Shown here in pieces: positions 35,101 through 46,340 of a DNA stretch of 64,000 nt. A model generated the notes under the pieces. That model searched no databases. It saw nothing but the letters and a program-made list of their open reading frames with translations, and was not told the origin of the DNA. The stretch is from positions 23,932,001-23,996,000 of the forward strand of contig CM106585.1 in the NCBI GenBank assembly GCA_048013815.1. The letters are read 5' to 3'. The translations under genes were made by a program, and so were the position numbers. This stretch comes from Setoptus koraiensis. Lineage: Eukaryota > Animalia > Arthropoda. The stretch's first letter is position 1, and each line of letters begins with the position of its first letter.

Positions 35101-35782
35101 TGGAAGATCAAACTTTAGTCTATTAATTGAAGATCTCATAGCCAAAGTGAGAAGTGCAGAGCTGCAGATCCGGAAAAACGGCAAACAATTGATAGTCGAT
35201 GCAGCATTAGAATATATGTAAGTAACAGTTTCGTTGAGCCGATAGTTCTACCATGTATACACTCAGCTCTAATGATTTGATTGATCTTATCTATCCCTTT
35301 CATATTATGATCCTCTGTGCAGTAATGAATTGAATGCGCTTCTCGATTTCTATGCAAAACACATGCACGATCAAGTGGAGGACGTTATAGGACAATGTGA
35401 ACCAGTAAGCCGAGCTCTCAATTATACAACATCAGCATTTTGTGATGATATTGTATTACCCTTCAATGGTTTTTGGTTCAGTATCATATCATCTCTATTA
35501 CTATTGCTGCCAGCAACATTTCTAGCCTATGCCTTGAGAAGTTTATACCAGAGAGCAAAGCGTAGCAGATCATATCATCACCATCATCCCAGGTCTAGCG
35601 ACTATGATGATGCCAGCTTCGATGACGATGGAGAAGAAGTTGCGTTGGCTTATCTGGATAGCCAACCTAAAGCATCAACCTCATCAATGCCGTCAGCACC
35701 AATAGTTGATGATGGTTGGTCACCAACTGGTCCCTCCACTCACTACGTGCACAACACTCGACCACCCCCTTACGTTTTGTAA
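32198..35782 (+). CDS. PROM1: Prominin-like pentaspan membrane glycoprotein (exons 32198-35217, 35323-35782; the likelier start is ATG 32369 before the signal peptide)
   Basis: Signal-like MPIISTITIILFALFIHNEA; TM1 ending in a Cys-rich CCWC; paired TMs; two large extracellular loops with CHQNLSLYKVLKL; terminal CEPVSRALNYTTSAFCDDIVLPFNGFWFS before TM5. Intron 35218-35322 (gtaagt...gtgcag) keeps the frame. Confidence 0.9.
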
Positions 35783-38131
35783 TCAAAGAGACACAACATG
35801 ACATTTGTAGATAACGCGAATAGTTTTGATTTAAATCAATTGCTGTTCCTCCAATAACTTTCAAATTTGATTAATTTGTCAATTCAACAAGTAAACGTAG
35901 AAATATTAAATAACCATGTACATCTGGAGCCTCTGTGAATAAATATAAAAAAACATTGATCTTCAGACACATTTATATCAGATTTTGACCCGAATAGCAT
36001 AATTGGTATTGGAGGCAATGTTGAACAGAGAGAGTTATAAGTTGATCTGGTGGTTGGTGTGTCGCGGTTAGATTTGTTGGTGACTCGGCCAATGATAAAG
36101 ATGATTCTAAACTGACTGTTTAAATTGTCCGACTACTATCCAATGATAACACAGACAATGATCGTGAATGTTGGTTAGTGAATGAATCATTCGCTCCTGA
36201 TTGTAGAGCAGTTTCGTCGATGTTGGTCTGTCTAATGGACAATGTCCATTGTTAGTTTGGTGTGCATATTGGGCCTCTTGTTCAGCATCCAGCAGCACGT
36301 TCTGTTGCACCAGTTCCGTCATCACCGCCAGCAAAAGCTGTGGTGTATCAACTTTATTTCATGGTGCATGGCTGCCGCTGCAGCCATTACTGTACTGTAA
36401 CACACAGTTCAACTGCTGTCTCTGTTATTGGTGCAGAAAGAGAGACACGGTGCACTGCACACAAACAACTGAAATCGATCTGTGTCTGGTAGGTTGTTTC
36501 AGCTAATTTTGATTGTAACACAAAGAGTGGTGTGAGTGGGTGAACAAAGGAGTTTTCTTGCTGCTGGAAACATAATGGCACTATCATAACCATCGACTAC
36601 ATCTTATATGTTCATATTAAAAGTACACACTGGACTCAATCTGTTTGGCGATGGCCGAGCAGACACCTCACATCTCACTCGAGAATTCCTTTGCTTTTCA
36701 TAAGCTCTTATCCATAACCCATCGGCATCTAAATTACGCAAGGAATAATTTCAATCAGGACAATTATTATTAACGATATTCAGATTTATTTTATTATATT
36801 TATGCAAGTTGCTACCAGCAACCAACAATTGGCCATTTGTAACGTTATTCACAGATAAATATACAGATAAACGTCAGCAAGAATAAAATGAGGTCTCCCG
36901 ACAGATTGGCAGCAAAAAGAGAGAATTTGTCCATGTCAGTTGTTGCTCATTCAATATTTCGTCATTGTCGTTTGGTTTGAACTTTTAAGTCACAATTGCC
37001 AGCATTGAACTTTAATAACTTGCGCTAAATATACACACAGCTCAGACATTTTAACATGGGCTCTGATTTGCTATATAAGTTCTCATGTTTTAGGATCGGA
37101 CGCACACTCAGACACAATGCACTGTATTAGAATCATATCTCACATATTATTATCATTATTATTATTATTAGCATCATTACAGTTGTATTAGCGAAGCAAA
37201 ATATACACGCACACATGACATACTTATCGTACAATGGTGATAATGACGATGATTGTATAAACACCACACAATGATAACATTGTAATTACTATTTCGTCAT
37301 TTGAGGACAAAAATACATCACACAGTACACATACACTATATACCATATACATATCGGAGCAATGAGTATCATCAGTATCCATCGACCTTGTTTTTAGTTT
37401 ATTTGGCCCATCATCATAGCATAAGAATCCTTGCTCAAACATCATCAACAACAATTATTCACTGGTTTGTCTAGACTCGAAACGAATATTATATTCATAT
37501 GAGCGAGAGACAGGAATGTACTCTTCTATACGATAGGGAGCTTGGATCAATTCATATTTATATTTCATAGCCATCTGAATAGAGTCAACATTTTGTATTT
37601 GAATGTCCAAGGAGTATTATAGCCTCTATTTTTCAATAACGGCTTCACCTCAATCTCATCCAAATCATTGTCTATATTTTATCAACGGATTATTATCATG
37701 TTATACAAATTTTTCTCCTAACTGATATTACCTCGCCATACACGATTGAGGAGACTATTAAGCTCGGCCGATTGTCACATGTATTAGGCTTAATGAAGTG
37801 ATAACATTGGATAGTAACATTTATCATGAAGATTATCCCATGACTGTTCCAAACATGTCCTACCAGTGAGCTTAACTAATAGTTGTTGTTGTTATAGTCA
37901 CTGGTTTCTGCACGACAATGCAGGAGAAAGTTTGAGTCGACGAAGATAATTAGTTTTAATTTGCACATATTATTCATCAAGCACCGTTCATTCATTACTG
38001 ATTGAAATATATCATTTAAAATATACTTAAGAAAGAGTCGACAACCTTAGATTTCAAACATCTCAAATGAATAACAATTTTTATATTCAACATAACCGAA
38101 GACATTTAAACTCATTTTGATACAGTAAATA

Positions 38132-41100
38132 ATGAATACCGATTGGGTTGAGATCATCGAGCCTAAATCTAGGGAGAGGATCTACGCTAATCTAGAAACT
38201 GGTGTCTGTGCAAAATTTCCACCTCCTGGAGCTACAGTAAGCCGCGCCGAAGACTATAGCGATCATTGGTGGGAACTATATGACACCAAGAATGGAAAAT
38301 ATTATTACTATAATGTAGATCGTCAAGAGACAGTATGGCGAAGACCTCACAGTACCGCCGATGGTAAGGATATACTCATTATACCTGTTACAAAATTGCA
38401 AACATATCGTCGCACAGTTCCGGGGGATAAAGAAACTGAAAAGAAGGATGCATCTACCCAAACCACCATATTGAATACCTCTACCACTGGCACACAAACA
38501 GTTTCTATCCTTAGAAATTCGTCGTCAGCTGCTACGTTTCAGCAACCGAATCTCGAAGGTGATGTTCCTATAGTGCAAAAGAATCAATGCAACTGTTCTA
38601 GGCTAGGTCAAAAGTACAGTTTGAGTCCACCACATCATGAACAAAATAGCTTTATTGACTCAAAGGAAACATTTCTTTCAGAGAAAAATAAACATCAAAA
38701 TACATTACCTCACAGGCATGTAAAGGATGGCTTACCTACAACAAGTCTTGGATTGATAGATAATCATAATACTGATCTGTCTGATCCTTCTAGTCTTGAA
38801 TCCTTCATTGAAAAAGCAGGGAGCTCTATGCCAGCTCATAATCATATGAACGATCGCAATCGTTCTATTGAAAGGAAATATGTGAATAATTATCAACAGA
38901 AAAGTTTGAAAAATTCAAAAGATTCAAGGGCACCGTCTGATTCTAGCCATAGCTATGCTAGAACTACATATCAAAATCGAGTCCCTGCTAGCAATCTTAG
39001 TCATTATCTTGTGCGAGAAGCTCGCGCTATGGGTATCGCGTTAATAAGTGACGACGAAGAGGCCGATGATGAGGATATAGATAGCGACGAAGATTACCCC
39101 GTCGATGAAGAGGAGGAAGAGGAAGAAGAAAGTGGAAGTTTTCGGAAGTATGGACGATGTCACCATCACTCGGGAGATTTTGATGATTCTAGCGAAGGAT
39201 GCAAGTCTGTCAGTAGCGATCAAGATGGAAATGACTGCCGACTCGCTCCGAAAGTTCAACTACAAACTAAACACCGCTTGAAAGGCCAATCAATAAGATT
39301 GAACAAGCCAAAGGCAGATATTTCGCTGGAAAATATCTATGACGATGTCTATGAGCAGCAAGATCGGTTCAAAGATTCTCAACAAAATCACATCGCTGAA
39401 CTGTCCAGTCGACATGCTCAACCTATACTAACAGATCAGACAAAGTCCTTGAAGACCTCAGGCTTGACCCACCAGAAAGGTGACCAGCCAACTAGCTCAG
39501 AATCGAACGGTCAAATGCACGTCACCCATTTCAACTTCCATCCTTCTATGTCTACAGAGCAAAGCACCATCGATGATGAAGATAGAAGTCCAACCGAATT
39601 ACTTAGTCAACAGTTGAACCATTATAAACTTGTAAATAACTTCAAGAAGAAAGGCTCCTCAGCCTCGAATCAGTTCGGTGAAGTCGTCAGCAAACTGAAC
39701 AGCTTATCAACCGGAGCCCATAATAGTGAAAAATCTTCGCACAATTTCTCTCAACTTAAAAACATCTCCTTAAACAGTCAGCCTTCTGATCATCGTTTGA
39801 GGGAGGTATCGACTCTTTCTACCCTACCGAGGCCTCACAAATTCGCCAAAGACAAACCTGCTTTATCAAAACAACTGGTTCAACAAAAAAGTATTGCACA
39901 TACTGATAGTATTTACGACAATGTTGAAGGAGGTGGATATCATAGTGACTCGGAGCAAGCAATTTCCCATCAGCAATCATCTGAACCGAAAGAAGCCAAT
40001 TGTGCCGGCGCCAAATCCATGATCGGAGCTGATGGAACAAACTCTTCAGATGGTGGAGGTCTGAGCCGAAGTAAGGGATCTCGTGGATCTACTTTCTCAG
40101 TAGAGTCTTTCGCAAGAGAAAATTTGACTAGACACCCAAAGAAAGGCAGTCTCAACGCCATGTTATTCAATCGAAAAGTCAAGTGGTCAAGAATGATAAC
40201 CTGGTCGAGAAGTACTATTAAGCAATCTATGATTACATCGTTGAGTGCCAACTTGAATAATGATGCCATCAACTGCTTTAAGTTGATACAGCAGTTCATG
40301 GGTGATCGCAAGGTCACTTTGTCAAAGAAAATTCGTAATGCTTTGATTGAGGCTGATGCGGCCAAAGAAGCGGCTGTAAAAGAACAGAGTGGCTCGATGA
40401 AGAAATCCTGGACCAAGTCACCATCGAAATCCAGTACCTCCAGCTTGCGAAGAACTCTCAGTGATGCTAGCGGAAACCTGCCGGATGTGGTTAGAGATGA
40501 ATTGGCACAAGAACTCATATCTATTGGTTGTTCAAAAGCGCCTCTCCGCGATGAGATATATGTTCAATTGGCAAGGCAGGTGACACAGAATCCAAGTCAA
40601 CAATCGATCGAATGGGGATTGGTACTCATGGCAATTGCACTTAGTTATTTCTCACCGTCAACCAAATTTTCTCCATTTTTATTTTCCTTTCTCGAGAATC
40701 ATGATCATCCAATGTCCCGTGATGTTTGTCAGCCAAGGCTTGAAAAAAGAATACAGAACAACTGGACCACCTATTGTAGAAAGCCAGCTACGGGAAGTGA
40801 AATAACAATAGTAAGACTATCTATCACCAAATGGCCCCAGTACTGTGGAGTTTTTGGTGATTCATTAGATCGTCTTATGAAATTGCAATCATGTTCACCA
40901 TATCTGAGGTCGGTCCAGCTGCCTTGGATACTGACTGTGCTCGGAGAAAAACTACTTGAGACAGGCGGCGCTAAAACTGAAGGTATATTCAGGTGTGCCG
41001 CTGATTGTGACATGATATCTCAATTGAAACTAGAAATTGATTGTCTTGATTTCAGAAGAATAACTGATGCGAATCAAGTCAAGTCACTATTTGCAAATGT

Positions 41101-41599
41101 AGTAGATCCACACGTTATAGCCGGGTTACTTAAGCTGTTCTTTAGAGAGCTTCCTAATTCAGTTTTCCCTTGTCAGCTCTACGATGTCTGTCTGAGCTCA
41201 GCCAATGACGCTTCGGCTGCTTATCAAGTTGTTATGGAGCAGTTGCCAGATATAAATAGATTAGTTATAGGATATCTCATGCATCTTTTGCAAGAACTAA
41301 CCAAAGAGGAGAACGTGCTTATAACAAAAATGGACACTTCAAATTTATCTATGGTATGGGCCCCCAATCTACTACGATCAACAGCTTCTTCGACGCTGGG
41401 TTTAAATGGCATGGGTTTCGATGCGCACACCTCAAACGGTTTAACTTTAGACAAATTGAAAGACACATCAAATGATAGTGCACAGCATATCTTGAATCAA
41501 CCTCACAGTATGGTATTCGAAAAGGCCAGACAAGAAATGCAGTTTATCCGTTTATTGATAACAAACTTGGACACATCATATGTGGCAAACATTATTTAG
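38132..41599 (+). CDS. ARHGAP39: Rho GTPase-activating protein 39 / Vilse (WW-WW, MyTH4, RhoGAP), intronless, 1155 aa
   Basis: DWVEIIEPKSRERIYANLETG and WWELYDTKNGKYYYYN...TVWRRP (WW domains); IIPVTKLQT; CFKLIQQFMGDR and LRDEIYVQLARQVTQNPS (MyTH4); GGAKTEGIFRCAAD, DPHVIAGLLKLFFREL, TKMDTSNLSMVWAPNLLR (RhoGAP). Confidence 0.95.
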   Translation: MNTDWVEIIEPKSRERIYANLETGVCAKFPPPGATVSRAEDYSDHWWELYDTKNGKYYYYNVDRQETVWRRPHSTADGKDILIIPVTKLQTYRRTVPGDKETEKKDASTQTTILNTSTTGTQTVSILRNSSSAATFQQPNLEGDVPIVQKNQCNCSRLGQKYSLSPPHHEQNSFIDSKETFLSEKNKHQNTLPHRHVKDGLPTTSLGLIDNHNTDLSDPSSLESFIEKAGSSMPAHNHMNDRNRSIERKYVNNYQQKSLKNSKDSRAPSDSSHSYARTTYQNRVPASNLSHYLVREARAMGIALISDDEEADDEDIDSDEDYPVDEEEEEEEESGSFRKYGRCHHHSGDFDDSSEGCKSVSSDQDGNDCRLAPKVQLQTKHRLKGQSIRLNKPKADISLENIYDDVYEQQDRFKDSQQNHIAELSSRHAQPILTDQTKSLKTSGLTHQKGDQPTSSESNGQMHVTHFNFHPSMSTEQSTIDDEDRSPTELLSQQLNHYKLVNNFKKKGSSASNQFGEVVSKLNSLSTGAHNSEKSSHNFSQLKNISLNSQPSDHRLREVSTLSTLPRPHKFAKDKPALSKQLVQQKSIAHTDSIYDNVEGGGYHSDSEQAISHQQSSEPKEANCAGAKSMIGADGTNSSDGGGLSRSKGSRGSTFSVESFARENLTRHPKKGSLNAMLFNRKVKWSRMITWSRSTIKQSMITSLSANLNNDAINCFKLIQQFMGDRKVTLSKKIRNALIEADAAKEAAVKEQSGSMKKSWTKSPSKSSTSSLRRTLSDASGNLPDVVRDELAQELISIGCSKAPLRDEIYVQLARQVTQNPSQQSIEWGLVLMAIALSYFSPSTKFSPFLFSFLENHDHPMSRDVCQPRLEKRIQNNWTTYCRKPATGSEITIVRLSITKWPQYCGVFGDSLDRLMKLQSCSPYLRSVQLPWILTVLGEKLLETGGAKTEGIFRCAADCDMISQLKLEIDCLDFRRITDANQVKSLFANVVDPHVIAGLLKLFFRELPNSVFPCQLYDVCLSSANDASAAYQVVMEQLPDINRLVIGYLMHLLQELTKEENVLITKMDTSNLSMVWAPNLLRSTASSTLGLNGMGFDAHTSNGLTLDKLKDTSNDSAQHILNQPHSMVFEKARQEMQFIRLLITNLDTSYVANII

Positions 41600-42691
41600 A
41601 CTCTCCCACATAGGCCTGAATTTGACTTGGCGTCATCAATGCACGATTAATATTCAGTAGGAAAACAGAAACTTCAAGCCAAGACTGCTAATCTATAATC
41701 TTGTTCATTCTTCACTTGTTAATACTTATACAAGTATAATTATTATTGTTAGTCATCATTCAAATTATCATTGAATAGTGATCATGTTAACCAACGATGC
41801 AGACCTTAGGGCCGAGCACATTTATACTACTGTATTATACTAAATCACACCAGATAATGACACTGAAAGGTATGGAAACAGCTACTTTTGTCTTCCAATA
41901 TTTTACAAAGGAACAAAGCAGATTTTACCTGGATTGAATTTGCAGTGGCTGAATTTCATTTAAGAATCACATCGATCAAATTGGAAGCCTTACAATTTTA
42001 TTTATGAAAAGCACTTTTGATTTGTCTGTTTGTAATTTTTGTTATCAGATGATGGATCATAAGACATCTCATAGCTATTAAAACAAATAAGTTAACTTAT
42101 ACCGTTACCAAAGAAAAACCGTCAAAGTGTAATGATCAATCTATTTGAAGAGAAAAAGAACTTGTTACGGAACTAGTTCTATGTATTATAAACACAAAAC
42201 AGGTAAAAACATCAACTTATTTTGATTCCTCAAATATCTCATGAGATAAAGAACCAGATGATAAATATCTGGTTACTATGGCTCTTGTTTCAGCTTGCTG
42301 ACACCTACGCTGAGATCTGCAGATCAAACATTATAATTGGTTTGAGAGAGAGAGAGAGAGATTTAGTATCAGCAAAATCGGTAATATCTAATGGTATCTC
42401 AGTGATAGGAATTAGAAGAATAGGTATATGCACATGACATTGGACTAGCATATAAACATTTTTCTACTTGACACGAGCAAATAACTGACATTCATTACTG
42501 CTATAGGTTGTTGGCAACGGCTTGCTGAAGCAATACAAGAGCAAGCAGTTCAACAGATCTATCATTAATATATTATCGATCTCATTGTCTACAAGTGGTC
42601 CAAAGAGTAAACTATTATTTTGAACTATTTTTTGTGCGAGTATGTCACTCGGCGCTATGCTTGTTGACTGTTGTTGAGGCAAGAGAGGCAG

Positions 42692-42695
<4 letters not shown>

Positions 42696-42736
<41 letters not shown>
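42696..42736. repeat. (AG)n microsatellite
   Basis: Pure AG run of about 20 units. Confidence 0.97.
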
Positions 42737-42744
<8 letters not shown>

Positions 42745-45299
42745 AGAGAATACTATTATTATTCTATTATTTAATTATATCTCTGACAACAACCAAATAA
42801 GTTGATCATGTTTACGCAACCCTTAGGTCTCTACTCTTAATGTATTTGTTGTTATGCATAACAACTAGATTATTGTGAATCATCATTCGTCTTCCGATGG
42901 TTTCTACCCCTTTCGTTACCTTTAGATGTCATGCTTCAATTGGATGGAAATCGTGATAGTCTTATCAATTGTCTAAAGTGGTTGCATGTATGCTTGAATA
43001 GAAAGAATAACTATGGTGAAAAGAATGAGTTCGAAAGATGATGACATATGCCACTGTTATACTCATAGTGTATAGTGTTGATGTATTGAATTTGGATAAT
43101 TCAGTTGATTCAGTTCGCCAATGGAGTTAGAATAAGCGAATGCAGATAAGCCGCTGGGCGTTTTGATTGGGCACGCTGATAAGTCATCGATCACGTCACC
43201 TACTATTGCCAGTTTGAAATTTGAAGCTTTTTCAACATTGCGAATGATTTGTTTTTCTTAAAAATACAAATCATGTTCAGTTTGCGTACTGAAGCTGCAT
43301 ACAAAAGTTGCACGTGCTACAAATTCAAATTTGGCCAACATGTTATGTATTCTGTTTGACAAGATCAAAGACGTGATCTCAACGTGATAAATTTTAAATG
43401 TAATGTCATGTTCATCACAATTGTGGCTTCAATGTTGTCATGAAGCCGTGTGTGTGCATAACAGTTTCACAAAAATAACATCACCTAGCAGCAACAACAA
43501 CAACAACAACAGCATCAACATCAACAACAGCAACAGCAAACCGCATGTGTTGTCGATCATTATTATCATTGCATAATATAAACATAAGACTGGCTACTGG
43601 TTATGTAAGAGAGATGAGGAGGGTTTTCTTCTGAAAGTGTTTTGCTGGAATGGATTAAAAGTGCAAGAAGAAGAAAGCAACTTCACTGCCATTATGACTA
43701 TCGAGGCAACAGAAATGATTGAAATATTGAATCTCTCTTCACGCCATTCGCAACCGCAACCACATGGATGATTCTATTTCATTTCACTAGTTTTCTTTTC
43801 TTTTCATTTCATTTCGTCTCATCTCGTCTCGTCTCATTGCATCGCATCGCATCGAATCCCATCTGAGTCTCCACTAAACCATATATCACATCACACTATC
43901 AACGTATGTGCCAGTTGTTCATCATGTCTAACAAAACAACTCTGCAATAGGTAGTAGATTATATTCATCTATATTCAAGCTGCTGCGGCTAATCGCTAGT
44001 TTCTAATGTTGTGGGTGTCAAGAGAGGAAATCACAGCAAACAAATCTAATCTCTTCTCCACTGTACACTTATGATTTTATTTTATCACTCATCTATATCT
44101 TACAAACAAATAACAAATATGTACAAATATTCAACGCAGTTGTCAGTGTAACTTGTTTCAAAGGAACCACCACCAGGCGTCCGAATGTATACAATGTCGA
44201 ATTGGTTTTCGGGCTATTTATCTAGCATCAGCACTAGCTTGAGTCATAGCAAAAATGAGAATATTTAGTTTGTACATTGCCACCATGAGTATTGTAATGT
44301 CTGGCCAGAATGGCTCAATAATAGGCTCTCGAATGGGAGGCGCACACTAGTCGCCTAGAGACGGGCCACAATAGACGACTAACAAAGATGTAAATAGATA
44401 AATAAAAGCATTTCTATTGAAAGATTGCAATCATATTTTCTTGTTTAGCTCTTGTTGTTGATGTTGTCGGCGTTATTGTAGTAGTAGTAGCAGCAGAAGT
44501 TGTTGTTGTTGTCGCAGGAACGTTGTGAACGTGCACGAACCAACCAGGCAACGAGAGAGAGAGAGAGAGAGAGAGAGTTGTCAGTGCCAAGTGTGTGTGT
44601 GATTGTGTGTCAAGTATAACGGAAATGAAATAGAATAGGCAAGAATGAAAGAAGCTGTTGGACCATAGAGAAAGAAAGAGAGAGGGAGAGCACGCGCGCG
44701 TGTACAATCAATTTGAACGATTCCGAACGAAATCGAACGCTCACAATTCGGACGCCGAAATCAAATATCCAACCCAACAAACAAGTTTCCACTTATTTTC
44801 TTTCGCACACACACACGCACACTCACACAACAGACGGTGCCAAATATTTGCATATGTTCTATCGGGTACCTAGCGACCCATCACAGCAAAATATAGATGG
44901 CTGTGGTTATTGTTTGATTGCGAGAACACTGTTATATCACACAATAATGGCTACTGTCTGCTCTGTAGCCAGGACAGAGACAAATGATGTTGGAGAGATT
45001 TATTTTTATTCTCGGCATGATCATGTAACAATATTATGCAACGTTTATTATTTTCAACCGCTCATGGCTATTGTCCGACTAGTGTCCGTCGTATGGTTCA
45101 TGATGGTTGCATGGTTTATCATTATCTTGGACGCTCTTTTAACACTTAATTTGGCTCCAGTTGCTGGTATTGTGATGTATGTTGTATGAGGTGCCCATTA
45201 TATAACTGTTATATTTGTGTTGTTGTTGCCTCAGTTCTGTATTATACAATTTATATTTATACTATTTGGTTCATTCAACATAATTGGTATTCGCCCACG

Positions 45300-46340
45300 C
45301 TAGTCTGTAGATATGGGCGGATACATTTGTTGCAATGGCTGCATCAATTTGGCAGTTATTTCCCTGTCGAAGCGTTGCGATTGTTCCTTGTTGAAATAAT
45401 TTTTCCAATCATTCACTTGACCCTTTCGCACAAACTCAAAGCCGTCCTTGTTACGTAAGCCCAATTGTGTCCAATCATGGCGATTAATTGTTTTGTTGTT
45501 GCGCATCCTATCCACACTTAAATGCTCTATCAATTGCGACCAATCATCTTCTGTTTTGGGTGGCAATTTTTTCAAGAATGAACACAACACATTTATTTGT
45601 TTGCTTAAATTACGTTTCATATCTTCATATTGGATTATAATAGTTGTATCCTTATTGTCACAGTAATATTGATACATTTCATTGTACATCAACCAAATGG
45701 GCCCGCATGGAACATTGCCCGTGACAAATGATTCATAAAAGCTGTCAAATGTCAGATCGATATCATAATGTTTAACTGTCTTACAATGATGGTAAAATGA
45801 CACTAGAACATCACGCGGATTTCTAAATATTGACACCACTCGTGGTTTGATTCGATTTGCTGCTCTTGTCACTGTTGTCATTGGTGTCGATTGTTGATTG
45901 TTGCTGTTTGCTTGTGACATTAAATCACCCATCACTAACAATGAGGCCGGCACAGATGATTTGATCATGCGACATTGTTCATGGCCATCGTTGGAGGCCA
46001 ACAATTGTTGTCCTTGCTCAACGATCAAATCAAACACATCGTGCGTCGGCGAATCAATCTGCGGAAATCTATACTCAATCGATTGCTTTGATGCCAACTC
46101 ATACTGATACTGATTGACAATCAGATAAATGCATTCGCTCAGCCAAGTAGAGCCAGATTTTGGGAACATAGTCAATAGGATGTCGCTTGATTTGAATTGC
46201 AACTTGTCTGATTTGGCTAGTATTTCTATTGCACGGGGATGAAAATTGAATTGCTTGTATTGGTATAATTTTGACTGACCAAATTGACCGCAACACTTCA
46301 ATTTGTCGCCAATCAAACGGCAACTATCTACGATATCCAT
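45300..46340 (-). CDS. Cytosolic sulfotransferase (SULT1-like fold), intronless, 346 aa
   Basis: 5'-PSB loop FPKSGSTW, 3'-PB motif RNPRDVLVSFYHH, YEDMKRN, and C-terminal FVRKGQVNDWKNYF (GxxGxxK-type region). Confidence 0.92.
   Translation of the reverse strand: MDIVDSCRLIGDKLKCCGQFGQSKLYQYKQFNFHPRAIEILAKSDKLQFKSSDILLTMFPKSGSTWLSECIYLIVNQYQYELASKQSIEYRFPQIDSPTHDVFDLIVEQGQQLLASNDGHEQCRMIKSSVPASLLVMGDLMSQANSNNQQSTPMTTVTRAANRIKPRVVSIFRNPRDVLVSFYHHCKTVKHYDIDLTFDSFYESFVTGNVPCGPIWLMYNEMYQYYCDNKDTTIIIQYEDMKRNLSKQINVLCSFLKKLPPKTEDDWSQLIEHLSVDRMRNNKTINRHDWTQLGLRNKDGFEFVRKGQVNDWKNYFNKEQSQRFDREITAKLMQPLQQMYPPISTD

Noticed and set aside
36100-36600. Cys-rich short ORFs after prominin
   Set aside because: Overlapping on both strands, no signal peptide or family motif; treated as non-coding.
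45860-45935. In-frame loop insertions (SULT, CAND1, DOK) as cryptic retained introns
   Set aside because: No GT-AG pair with a polypyrimidine tract and frame-preserving length was found.
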